A stretch of DNA of 64,000 nt from the NCBI GenBank assembly GCA_050698355.1, contig JBOHBN010000006.1, forward strand, positions 13,277 through 77,276. The letters are read 5' to 3'. The DNA comes from Streptosporangiales bacterium. GTDB lineage: Bacteria; Actinomycetota; Actinomycetes; Streptosporangiales; WHST01. The position numbers and the translations under genes were made by a program. Shown one piece after another: positions 1-8,837 of this stretch. The notes under the pieces are model-generated. The model was not told the DNA's origin, ran no database searches, and was given only the letters and a program-made list of their open reading frames with translations. Within the stretch, counting starts at the first letter, position 1; every line of letters begins with the position of its first letter.

Positions 1-288
1 CACCAGCACAGGGCGGCCGGTGTCGAACGCCTCGAAGCACGGGCCCTCGCCGAGGCTGAACTGTAGCTCCTCGACCCGCTCGATGACCGCATCACCGGCA
101 TAGAGCGTCTCGCGATGATCGGTGCCGGCCATCACCGAGATCGAGGCGCCGTCGACCGGCAGCAGTTCGGCGCAGGCGCGGCCAACCCGCACCAGCGGCG
201 ACAGCGCTCCCTCACGCTCGCCCAGCGCGGCGTTCACGACGGCCCGTAGCGCCGGAACTGAGGAGACGATATCCTCGAGGTCGCTCAC
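1..288 (-). CDS. GAF-domain protein, N-terminal 96 codons only (rest of the gene, i.e. its 3' part, lies beyond the left window edge)
   Basis: Reverse frame reads VSDLEDIVSSVPALRAVVNAALGEREGALSPLVRVGRACAELLPVDGASISVMAGTDHRETLYAGDAVIERVEELQFSLGEGPCFEAFDTGRPVLV. This is a GAF core with the EGPC motif, like the gene at 847. The GTG start at 286-288 is a guess. Confidence 0.55.
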   Translation of the reverse strand, partial: MSDLEDIVSSVPALRAVVNAALGEREGALSPLVRVGRACAELLPVDGASISVMAGTDHRETLYAGDAVIERVEELQFSLGEGPCFEAFDTGRPVLV

Positions 289-846
289 CGCCGCTCGCCA
301 TCCCTCCGGGTTGGGGCAACCAGAGGCTTCCAGGCGGCGGGGTCAGAGCAAACCGAGAGGCCTTTACGTCACGTCGACTACCCCCGAGCTTAGCCACTAC
401 CTGGGGTGCTGGTCGAGTAGCGGCCGGACCATCGCCATGACCGCCTGTTTCGCATCGCGCTTCACGTCGGCCGAACAAGTGGGTGGACGATAGGATGCAC
501 AGCAGGTCCGCTCGGTGTAGCAAGGCAAGAGATTGTCTGCCCGTCCGTTCCGGATGGGTTATGCGCCGTGGCGCCCTAGGGCTGTCCCTGACCTTGGCAG
601 TCGTGCACTCGTAAACTTGCGACGGCTTGGTGAAGGACATGGTCCCGCAACATCCGCACCCAGCAAACCGCCGGCGTCATCCGGCCAGGCAGCACCCAAC
701 TCTTTGGGTTCCTGACCCCGGCAGGTGGCGCGCTTCGGACCGCAGTGAGCGTCATCGCTGCGGCGCGGTTGCCGTGGTGACGTGGGGTATAGTGACCCGT
801 CCCGCCACCTCGCGGCCGACGCGGCCCTGGTCGAGGAGGCAATGCA

Positions 847-2034
847 ATGACGACCGAGCAGCACCACCTACCCGACAGCGGTAGCGGCGCCGAGGCAATC
901 GTCGGCGCCGAGTCGGGTGTCGGTGACCGCTTGGTGACGGCGCTGGCCGGCGTGGCAAAAGAGCTGTGCCGACCCGGTAATCAGGACGAGACTCTCGCGG
1001 CGATCGTCGCCGCCGCGATCAACACCGTGCCGGGTGCGGAACAGGCCGGTGTGTCGCTGGTACACCGTGACGGCGCGATCACCTCCCACCACCCGTCCAG
1101 CGAGACCATCGCGACTGTCGACCAGCTGCAATCCACCTACGCCGAGGGCCCGTGCGTGACTGCACTGCGCGAGGAACACATGGTGGTCGTCGACGATCTG
1201 GCCGTCGAGGCCTCCCGGTGGCCACGGTTCGCTCCCGAAGCGGTCTCGCACGGGGTGGCGAGCATGCTGTCGTTCCAGCTGTTCGCCGCCGCGGATACCC
1301 GCGGCGCGCTGAACCTGTACTCGAGCCAGCCCAAGGCGTTCGCCGAGGAGTCGCATTTGGTCGGGGAGTTGTTCGCCTCGCACGCCGCGGTCGCGCTCGC
1401 CGGGGCGCGGCACGCCGGCCAGCTCGAACAGGCCCTGTCCAGCAGGGACGTGATCGGGCAGGCCAAGGGCATCTTGATGGAACGATTCGGTGTCGACGCC
1501 GACGGCGCGTTCACCATGCTGGTGTCGAGCTCCCAGAACACCGACATCAAGGTCGTCGACGTCGCGCGCTGGCTGGCCACCACTGTCGGGGAGAACAGGC
1601 CTGGTCAACACGGTCACGACCGCGATGCGGTCCCGACCAGGCGGGCAGGCGCGGAACAGGTCGAGGCGACGCAACGCACCCACGGCAGCAACGGCCTTGT
1701 CCGCATCGAGCCGCTGGCCGATGATCGTGCCGGACTGCGGCTAACCGGCGAGATCGACCTGTCCAACCGGGAGCAGCTCACCGCCGCGTTGGCGGGTCTG
1801 ACCGCAGCCACCAGCGGACATCAGCAGGTACACCTTGAACTCGCCGGCTTGGACTTCATCGACGTGGCTGGAACCCGAGTCCTGCTCGCCACCGCCGAGC
1901 AGCTGCACGAACACGGCGGACGGCTGATCCTGAATCACCCGTCCCCGGTACTGAGCCGGGTCCTCGCGCTGCTGGTGTCGGACGCCGGTCTCGCCGCCAG
2001 CGAAAACGGGTCCGTGACGCTGCCGTACCACTAA
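847..2034 (+). CDS. GAF + ANTAR + C-terminal STAS fusion regulator
   Basis: GAF core (TYAEGPCVTALRE). ANTAR motif (SRDVIGQAKGILMERFGVDADGAFTMLVSSSQNTDIKVVDVARWL). C-terminal STAS-like block (LRLTGEIDLSNREQL...VHLELAGLDFIDVAGTRVLL). Confidence 0.85.
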   Translation: MTTEQHHLPDSGSGAEAIVGAESGVGDRLVTALAGVAKELCRPGNQDETLAAIVAAAINTVPGAEQAGVSLVHRDGAITSHHPSSETIATVDQLQSTYAEGPCVTALREEHMVVVDDLAVEASRWPRFAPEAVSHGVASMLSFQLFAAADTRGALNLYSSQPKAFAEESHLVGELFASHAAVALAGARHAGQLEQALSSRDVIGQAKGILMERFGVDADGAFTMLVSSSQNTDIKVVDVARWLATTVGENRPGQHGHDRDAVPTRRAGAEQVEATQRTHGSNGLVRIEPLADDRAGLRLTGEIDLSNREQLTAALAGLTAATSGHQQVHLELAGLDFIDVAGTRVLLATAEQLHEHGGRLILNHPSPVLSRVLALLVSDAGLAASENGSVTLPYH

Positions 2035-2106
2035 GCCAGGGTCCTGTGGATCAACAATGCGCCGTCCGAGCCGCCGCTCCGCTCAGCGAACAACACGGTT
2101 GCCTGC

Positions 2107-2895
2107 TCAGCTCTTCCCCGCGACGAGCAGCGTGTAGCCGAGCGTGCCGTCGGCGACGGCGGTGCGAGCTGCGGCGATCACGGGTGCCGCTCGGTCGAGG
2201 TCGAGGCCGAGCTGCTCGGCGCGGCTCCTGGCGGTCATGGCGACGATGCCGAGCCGTGCCTCGATCTGGTCGATCATGCGGCTCAACGCCTGGTCGTGCG
2301 GCTCGGTGCGGCTGACCCGTAGCCCCGCATCACGCAGGATCTGCGCGTACCCCTCGACCGGCCGGGCGTCGGAGATGCAGGCGATCCAGGCGGCGAGGGT
2401 GGCCAGTTCGGGGGGCAGCCGATCCGGCTCGGCGGTGACATCGGTGATGCCGACCCGCCCGCCGGGCCGCAGTACGCGGGCCAGTTCGGCGGCCGCCGTG
2501 GCCTTGTCGGGGAAGGTGCAGAACGCGCACTCGCACAGGGCGGCATCGAAGGTGGCGTCGGGCGCGGGGAGGCGCTCGGCGTCGCCGGTACGGAACCGCA
2601 CGCGGTCGGCGACACCGGCGCTGTCTGCAGCCTCGCGGGCGAGCGCGACGTTGGCGTCGGAGAGGTCGACCCCCTCCACGCACGCGTCGTACTCGCGGGC
2701 GAGCAGCAGCGCGGTGGCGCCGCGGCCGGCGGCGACGTCCAGCACCCGCTCGCCCGCGGACAGGCCGAGCCGGTCGGCCAACCGGCGGGTGAGTGCCAGC
2801 CCGCCGGGGTGGTAGCAGTCGCCGAGCAGCAGCGCGACGGCGTCGGAGCCGTACGCGGCCGCGCAGCACGCCTTGACGTCGTCCGGCGTGCTCAT
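2107..2895 (-). CDS. SAM-dependent methyltransferase, ArsM-like (Cys-rich)
   Basis: Start MSTPDDVKACCAAAYG. SAM motif I VLDVAAGRGATA. RVLRPGGR motif. Cysteine pairs CC and CECAFC. Its ATG overlaps the upstream stop (ATGA at 2892-2895). Confidence 0.8.
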   Translation of the reverse strand: MSTPDDVKACCAAAYGSDAVALLLGDCYHPGGLALTRRLADRLGLSAGERVLDVAAGRGATALLLAREYDACVEGVDLSDANVALAREAADSAGVADRVRFRTGDAERLPAPDATFDAALCECAFCTFPDKATAAAELARVLRPGGRVGITDVTAEPDRLPPELATLAAWIACISDARPVEGYAQILRDAGLRVSRTEPHDQALSRMIDQIEARLGIVAMTARSRAEQLGLDLDRAAPVIAAARTAVADGTLGYTLLVAGKS

Positions 2896-4538
2896 GTCCT
2901 GGGCCCCCACGGAAACGCCGAGCTTGCGGAGCGTTTTCGTGGGGTGGGTCGCAGCGACCTGCCGACGTTGGTGGCGTCGCCGCGCGCACCGGTGCCGTCG
3001 CGGGCGATCTTCGACCCGTACGGCGAATCGGTGAGGGCTGGTCGCAGCGGTGTGGCGTTGGGGACCACGTCGGCGATGTGCACGCCCGACATCTGTTCGC
3101 GGACCTGCTCGCGGTAGCCGACCGAGTTGTAGGCGCAGAAGGGGATGATCCGCCCGTCCGGGGTGATCTCCTCCACACAGCACTTCATCAGCTGCTTGAC
3201 GTTGAGCGTGTACGGGTCCTGGAAGTCCTGCACCACGATCATGAACGCCTTGTCCGCCAGTTGTTGGACGGCTTCGGGCAGGTCGACCCCACAGGCTTCC
3301 GCGCAGTTGAACGCCGCCGCGGTCTCCGCCAGCTTCTCGTTCGTGGTGTCGGTGCCCATGAACGCCGACGCGCTCCACAGCTTCTCCAGCGCCTCGCGGA
3401 CGTCGACGTCGGGCATCACCCGGTTGGTGACGTAGTCCAGGTAGTCCTCCACGTTGACCAACCGCGGGATCGGGATCACCGTGGTACGCGGGCCGCTGTC
3501 GTCGACGAGCAGGTAGGTGATCGACCGGCAGGTGGGGAAGCAGCAAGGGACGGGAAAGAAGTCGTCGGCGCGGAACCACTCGGGCAGCTGCTGCGCCGCG
3601 AGCTCGATGACGTCGGAGTTGGTCAGCCGGGTCAGCGGGTCGAACTCGACGTGCCGTCCCGAATGCGTGACGACCTGGAACGACACCGCGCGTACGGCCG
3701 GGTGCTCGATGCCGTAGGCGATGATCGGTCCGATCTCGTGCTCGTTCACGCCGCGTTCCACGGCCGGAACCAGTGTCACCGCAAGGCCGGCCTCGGCGCA
3801 GTTGTCTAGCGCGCGCCGCTTGATCGCACGCAGGTCACGGCCACGGATCCGCTGGTGTGTGCGTTCGTCCAGGCCGTCGAACTGCAGGTAGATGTGCACC
3901 CGGTGGCCAGGCCGGTCGCGCCGCGCGAGCGCGGCGACAAACCGGTTGTCCGTAGCCAGCCTGATGCCGTTGGTGTTCAGCGTCACCGACTTGATCGGCC
4001 GGGCCTGCGCGAGATCGACGAAGTCCAGGATGTGCTTGTGGATCGTCGGCTCCCCGCCGGACAGCATCACCACCTCCGCCTCGCCCTCGCTGGCCACGAA
4101 CGTGTCCAGCATCCGCTCGCACTGCTCCACCGTGATCTGGTAGCCGTCCGGTTGGTGCCCGGAGTCGGCGAAGCAGACCGGGCAGTCCAGGTTGCAGCCG
4201 GTGTTCACCTCGATGATGCCCAGGCACGCGTGCTGCTTGTGCTCCGGACACAACCCGCAGTCATGTGGGCACCCGTCGCGCACCTCGGTCTGGAACTCCA
4301 GCGGGATCGTCCCCGGCTTGTTGAACCGCGCGGACTCCACGTACATCCGCGCGTCGCCGTACACCAGCGCCTCGAACTCGCCGTGCTCACTACAGCGCTT
4401 GCGCAGGTACACCCTGCCGTCGCGGATGTTCACCTGCGCGTCGACGACGACCTTGCACACCGGGCAGATCGACTTGGTGTACTCGTAGAAGACCTCATCG
4501 CGATCCCGCTTGGCTTGTACTGCCGTTGGTTCCAACAC
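2892..4538 (-). CDS. Radical SAM enzyme with N-terminal zinc-ribbon and extra Cys clusters (COG1964-like)
   Basis: GTG start at 4536-4538. CPVC...CSEHG ribbon. CPHDCGLCPEHKQHAC auxiliary-cluster motif. Canonical CNLDCPVC (CxxxCxxC). GGEPT SAM-binding motif. PVPCCFPTC. Confidence 0.85.
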   Translation of the reverse strand: MLEPTAVQAKRDRDEVFYEYTKSICPVCKVVVDAQVNIRDGRVYLRKRCSEHGEFEALVYGDARMYVESARFNKPGTIPLEFQTEVRDGCPHDCGLCPEHKQHACLGIIEVNTGCNLDCPVCFADSGHQPDGYQITVEQCERMLDTFVASEGEAEVVMLSGGEPTIHKHILDFVDLAQARPIKSVTLNTNGIRLATDNRFVAALARRDRPGHRVHIYLQFDGLDERTHQRIRGRDLRAIKRRALDNCAEAGLAVTLVPAVERGVNEHEIGPIIAYGIEHPAVRAVSFQVVTHSGRHVEFDPLTRLTNSDVIELAAQQLPEWFRADDFFPVPCCFPTCRSITYLLVDDSGPRTTVIPIPRLVNVEDYLDYVTNRVMPDVDVREALEKLWSASAFMGTDTTNEKLAETAAAFNCAEACGVDLPEAVQQLADKAFMIVVQDFQDPYTLNVKQLMKCCVEEITPDGRIIPFCAYNSVGYREQVREQMSGVHIADVVPNATPLRPALTDSPYGSKIARDGTGARGDATNVGRSLRPTPRKRSASSAFPWGPRT

Positions 4539-4622
4539 AGTCAGCCGACCTTCACTCGAGACACGCCAGCAAGCAGTCCACTCCTTCCCGGATGATCACG
4601 AGAAGTAACTACCGGCTAGCGT

Positions 4623-4658
4623 CGTGCACCAGAAGTTCGGGGTTGAACTTGGTGCACG
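4623..4658. promoter_or_regulatory. Imperfect palindrome in the divergent promoter between the radical SAM gene and a methyltransferase
   Basis: CGTGCACCAGAAGTTCGGGGTTGAACTTGGTGCACG: 8-bp perfect outer arms plus partially matching inner arms, in a visibly AT-richer intergenic stretch. Confidence 0.35.
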
Positions 4659-4744
4659 AGTACTTCTCACGACGAAATCGCGCTCACCTCAGCCAGGGCG
4701 GCTACGAGCTGACTTTCGGAGCCGGAACAGGGACACTCTGGAGT

Positions 4745-5374
4745 GTGATCGATCCTGAGGCAACGGAGCGGTCGCGGCGGCTGTACGACGCGTACGCGCC
4801 GCGCTACGACCGGGAGGTTGGTTTCTACGAGCGCGTCCTGCTCGGGGACGGCCGGACATGGGCATGCGCACAGGCGACCGGCGAGGTGCTCGAGGTCGCG
4901 GTCGGCACCGGCCGGAACCTGCCCTTCTACCCTCACGGCGTCCAACTCACCGGGGTCGACCTCAGCCCCGCCATGCTGGCGATCGCCCAGGCGAGGGCGC
5001 GGCATCGCGGCATCGTGGCACGTCTCCAGGCGGGCGACGCGCAGGCCCTATCCTTCGCAGACGGGTCGTTCGACACGGCCTTGTGCACGCTGGGGTTGAG
5101 CAGCATCCCCGACCCGGAGGCCGCCATCCGCGAGATGTCTCGGGTACTACGCCCGGGGGGCCGCATGGTCCTCGTCGGCCATGTCGCCAGCCACCACCGA
5201 GCCGCACGCGCCGGGCAGGCACTGCTCGAACGGCTCTCCGTGCCATTGACCGGCGACTACCAGACCCGCGAGCCGCTCCCGCTCGTCCTCGCCGCCGGCT
5301 TTCTGATCGACCATCGTGAGCGCCGCAGGGCCGGGATCATCGAGCGGCTCGTCGCGGTGAAGCCCGGCAGGTAG
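4745..5374 (+). CDS. Class I SAM-dependent methyltransferase
   Basis: RLYDAYAPRYD N-terminal signature. Motif I VLEVAVGTGRN. RVLRPGGR. Start uncertain: GTG at 4745 chosen, but the ORF is open from 4526. Confidence 0.75.
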   Translation: MIDPEATERSRRLYDAYAPRYDREVGFYERVLLGDGRTWACAQATGEVLEVAVGTGRNLPFYPHGVQLTGVDLSPAMLAIAQARARHRGIVARLQAGDAQALSFADGSFDTALCTLGLSSIPDPEAAIREMSRVLRPGGRMVLVGHVASHHRAARAGQALLERLSVPLTGDYQTREPLPLVLAAGFLIDHRERRRAGIIERLVAVKPGR

Positions 5375-5413
5375 TTCGCGCGGCGCGGACCTCCCTACCG
5401 GCGCGCTCTCGCG

Positions 5414-6011
5414 CTAGCCGCTGGTGACCGCGGCGAGCCCTTCCCGGGATCGTTGCGTGCCGTCGAGGTCGGTGAACCGACCGATGTCGTACACGATGAT
5501 GTGTGCGCAGCCCGCTTGCTCGTAACGCTCCAGCTGTTCGCGAACGTCGGCCGGAGAGCCTGCCATGTTCGCGCAGCGCCCACAGGTCGGCGAGCGCGGG
5601 ACGCATGTAATCGAGGCGGCCGGTGCGTTCCCGTCCGGAGTGCAGCCCGAACGGACGCAGCTGCCCGGGATCACCGACGCCCAGTCCGAGGACCATGCGT
5701 CGGTTGCCGAGCCAGCTTATCGTGCTGGCGGTGTGCGCCAACGCGACCGCGCTGCGGCGTACCGGGTCGGTCACGGCCACGCCGAGGGTGATGCGCTGCG
5801 TGGCGACTGCGCCGACTGAAAGCACCGATAGCGGATCGAGGACCCGATGCGGATCGGCGACGACCGGGGTATCGACGCCGCGCGGAAACCAGCCCTGTAA
5901 GTGATCGAGCATCCATGCGCCGGCGATGCCGGGTTGCGCCTCTGCCCACCGGATATCGTCAATCGGGTTGGCCTCGGGATACACCGAGACACCCATGCCA
6001 ACCTCTACCAC
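5414..6011 (-). pseudogene. LLM-class (luciferase-like) flavin/F420 oxidoreductase, frameshifted with a large internal deletion
   Basis: About 140 N-terminal aa (ITLGVAVTDPVRRSAVALAHTASTISWLGNRRMVLGLGVGDP...ADLWALRE) lie in one frame. The C-terminal tail (GSPADVREQLERYEQAGCAHIIVYD) lies in another frame. The central ~150 aa typical of the family are absent. Confidence 0.55.
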
Positions 6012-6110
6012 GGCGCACTCGCTCCATTCTTGTCGTGAGCACCCGGACGTGGCGTACGTGCCATACGCACAAGGGACATGCTCGCCGATGATCGGTCGCC
6101 GACGACTGCG

Positions 6111-6857
6111 TCAGCCGTCCCGTCGGCAGCAGGGCAGACTCAGGTCCAGGCCGTCCGGCCAGTCCAGGGCGCCGAGCCTGTCTCGGGCGCCGAGAGCGGC
6201 GACGAAGACCTGTACGTCTCGCAGGTCTTGTCCGTAGCCGCGCTCACGCAACTTCTGTACGACCGGACGAACCTCGGCCAGCCACCACGCCGCGGCGAGA
6301 TCGTGTGCGGTGCACGATCCGTCGAGGCCGGAGCGGTAGCCCCAGGCCTGGGCGGCGTCGGCCAGCCGCGCCCAGTCGGCGGGCTTGTCCAGCCAGAAGT
6401 CCCGTGCGAACTCACTCGGCACCGGCAGCCTCTCCAGGAAGCGGCGCTCGGCTGCCTTGCTGTGCAGGTGCTCGGCCCGCAGGCAGCAGAGTGCATAGGC
6501 GACGGTGCAGTAACGAACCACGTTGGCCGGTAACCGGTCGATGCCCAGCGACCGGGCCGCCGACACCCGGTGGTGGCCGTCGCGGACGAAGTACAGATCA
6601 CCGAGTCGCACCAGCTCAACGGGTGTCGTCAGCGGTCCGGCCCGCACACCGTCCAGAACCGTGCGGTGGCGCGGTCTCAGCGAGCGGTTGACGAGCGCGA
6701 AGTCGGCGTCGAAGTCCTGGGCACGTGCTTCACTGCCGACGATGGCCGCGGTGGGGACCTCGTCGGTGTACCTGGCCATCGCCCCGAGACTGCCGAGCGC
6801 ATCCAGCGCGTCCGGCAGCGCCATCAGGGAACCGCGTTCCAGCCTGAACCGCCCCAC
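6111..6857 (-). CDS. ParB/Srx N-terminal-domain protein
   Basis: VELVRLGDLYFVRDGHHRVSAARSLGIDRLPANV matches the ParB-like nuclease-domain box (DGHHR). Confidence 0.7.
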   Translation of the reverse strand: MGRFRLERGSLMALPDALDALGSLGAMARYTDEVPTAAIVGSEARAQDFDADFALVNRSLRPRHRTVLDGVRAGPLTTPVELVRLGDLYFVRDGHHRVSAARSLGIDRLPANVVRYCTVAYALCCLRAEHLHSKAAERRFLERLPVPSEFARDFWLDKPADWARLADAAQAWGYRSGLDGSCTAHDLAAAWWLAEVRPVVQKLRERGYGQDLRDVQVFVAALGARDRLGALDWPDGLDLSLPCCRRDG

Positions 6858-6940
6858 GCGACCAGTATCGCTACTGGACTGTCGGGACGTCGAGCGCGAC
6901 CGGGGCAGCGCCGCCGGTGTGGGTGTGCGTACCGTCGAGC

Positions 6941-7837
6941 ATGGACTTCGACAGGACTGCCGACGACCTGTACGGGCTGCGGCCCGAGGGCTTCACGGCT
7001 GCCCGTAACGAGCGGGCCGCGCGGGCCCGTTCGGATGGGGAGCGCGACCTGGCCAAGCGCATCCGCCAACTGCGCCGGCCGACGGTGAGCGCGTGGGTGG
7101 TCAACCTGCTGGTGCGGGAAGCCGGCGACGTGATCGGTGAGTTGCTCGAGCTGGGCGGCCAACTGCGTGAGGCGCAGGGAAAGCGCCGTGGGGAGCAGCT
7201 TCGTGCCCTGACCGAACGCCGGCGGGAAGTGGTGCCGGCGGTGGCAAGCAAGGGGCAGCGGCTGGCCGGCGACGCCGGGTACTCGGTCGGCGAGTCGGCC
7301 CTGCGAGAGGTCGAGGCCACGCTCGAGGCGGCGCTCGCCGATCCGGACGCGTCAGAAGCCGTTCGTGCCGGACGCCTCACCACGGCACTGTCCTACAGCG
7401 GCCTCGGCCCGCTCGACAGCAAGGTTGGCAGCGACCGGGCGATGCCGCCGACAGGCACGCCCGAGGCGCTTACGGAGCGAACGCGGCCGGCAGGGCGCCA
7501 ACGCGGTGGCGGCAGCAGGGACCATGACGGTAGCAAGGCGGTGAAGGAGGAACGGCAGGCGCTTTCCGACGCCCAGGCCGCGGTCCATCGGCTCGAGCAG
7601 GACGACCAGCGGACACGTACCAACGAGGACGCGGCTCGTGAACGCAAGGACGCTGCGGAGCACCAGGTCACCCAGCTGGAAGCCGACCTCGACCGTGCCC
7701 GTGAGGCCGCCGAGACCGCGGCAAGCGAGCTGCGGGACGCGGCCGGGCGCAGCGAGGATGTCGCGAGCGATCTCGCGGCCGCCCGGCAGCGGGTCGAAGA
7801 CGTCAGAGCCCGACTCGACGAACTGGGCGACCGATAG
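6941..7837 (+). CDS. Hypothetical protein with a long C-terminal coiled coil
   Basis: MDFDRTADDLYGLRPEGFTAARNERA... followed by an E/A/R/L-rich heptad-like C-terminus. Coherent composition, no recognised domain. Confidence 0.55.
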   Translation: MDFDRTADDLYGLRPEGFTAARNERAARARSDGERDLAKRIRQLRRPTVSAWVVNLLVREAGDVIGELLELGGQLREAQGKRRGEQLRALTERRREVVPAVASKGQRLAGDAGYSVGESALREVEATLEAALADPDASEAVRAGRLTTALSYSGLGPLDSKVGSDRAMPPTGTPEALTERTRPAGRQRGGGSRDHDGSKAVKEERQALSDAQAAVHRLEQDDQRTRTNEDAARERKDAAEHQVTQLEADLDRAREAAETAASELRDAAGRSEDVASDLAAARQRVEDVRARLDELGDR

Positions 7838-7923
7838 CCCAGCAGCGTTGGGGAGCGGTGGCCCTCATGCGCATGCGTAGCCACGACAGCTGGGCCCCGG
7901 TCTCGCCGACTGCCGCGGCAGTC

Positions 7924-8115
7924 GGCGAGCGCGATCAACCCGTCGCCGCAGCGGACGTCCAGGGCCGTCGCACCCTCGCTCAGGCGGTCACCGTCGATGA
8001 CCCGGTCCCGTACGGGTGTCAGGTAGTCAAGGGTGCGGTGGAGGAGCTCCGGGTCGCCGCCGTGGCGGCGTCGCGACAGCCAGGCCGCCCACCGATCTTC
8101 CTCAGCCTCGGTCAT
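7924..8115 (-). pseudogene. N-terminal remnant (~64 aa) of a class I SAM methyltransferase
   Basis: MTEAEEDRWAAWLSRRRHGGDPELLHRTLDYLTPVRDRVIDGDRLSEGATALDVRCGDGLIALA ends at motif I. The rest of the 240-aa ORF is S/R-rich antisense of the 6941-7837 gene. Confidence 0.45.
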
Positions 8116-8177
8116 CGCCTACCACCCCCGGGCCGATAGGCACCTCTCGTGCGGACCGAACCTACGGCCTGCGGGTC

Positions 8178-8768
8178 TCAGCGCGGGGCACCGGTCCAGG
8201 ACGGGTCGCGGCCCATGGTGGCGACGAGCCGGTCGAGCGGCGAGGCGTCCGCGCGAACCGGCACGGGACGGCCGAACGCCACATCGTCGCCGACGGGCCG
8301 CTCCTCGCCCGGCTGTGGGCCCATGGCTCGGATGCACTGTTCCGCCTGCTCCGGGTCGACGTCGTACGCCTGGCCGGACGCCCGGGCGATGTCCCACCCG
8401 TGAACCGTCGTCTCGTTGAGCGCGACGAGACCGGCGATCTCGCCCGGCAGCTCCACACCGCCCGCGGCGGTAGCGCCCTCCCACGCCGCTCGGTCGCGCC
8501 AGGCTTCCGCCATTGCCAGCAACCGCTCGGGGATGCGGGTGCGCCAGCCGTCCTCGAGCTGGCGAGCATCGCCGGACGGGTTCGCGGTGCCAACCTCCGG
8601 GAACTGCTTGGTCGCGGCATTCGTGAATGCCTGCGCCAGCCCGTCGACGTGGTGCAGGAGATTGCCGAGGCTGTACTGCGGGCACGGTGTGGGCACGGCG
8701 AGCTGCTCGTCGGTGATGCCGGCGAGCAGGTCGCCGCTGCGGCGCGCCGCGGGTACGAGATCGATCAT
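8178..8768 (-). CDS. DinB/MDMPI-superfamily metal-binding protein (TIGR03086-like)
   Basis: N-terminal LAGITDEQLAVPTPCPQYSLGNLLHHV (TPC...H motif). C-terminal LDRLVATMGRDP. Confidence 0.75.
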   Translation of the reverse strand: MIDLVPAARRSGDLLAGITDEQLAVPTPCPQYSLGNLLHHVDGLAQAFTNAATKQFPEVGTANPSGDARQLEDGWRTRIPERLLAMAEAWRDRAAWEGATAAGGVELPGEIAGLVALNETTVHGWDIARASGQAYDVDPEQAEQCIRAMGPQPGEERPVGDDVAFGRPVPVRADASPLDRLVATMGRDPSWTGAPR

Positions 8769-8837
8769 TACGGCTCCTTTCGGCGTGGTCCTCGCAGGTT
8801 AGGACCACGCCGACGCCGCAAACTCATCGCTCGCCCT

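Noticed and set aside
289-846. RNase P RNA, tmRNA, SRP RNA or a known riboswitch in the long intergenic gap
   Set aside because: I found none of the hallmark motifs by eye: no GAGGAAAGTCCGG, no tmRNA tag ORF or acceptor end, and no TPP, B12 or SAM cores. Left as an unexplained region only.
2107-3579. 490-aa ORF read as one methyltransferase
   Set aside because: The N-terminal 228 aa are R/P-rich antisense-like sequence overlapping the radical SAM gene. The methyltransferase begins at MSTPDDVK (2895), with an ATGA overlap.
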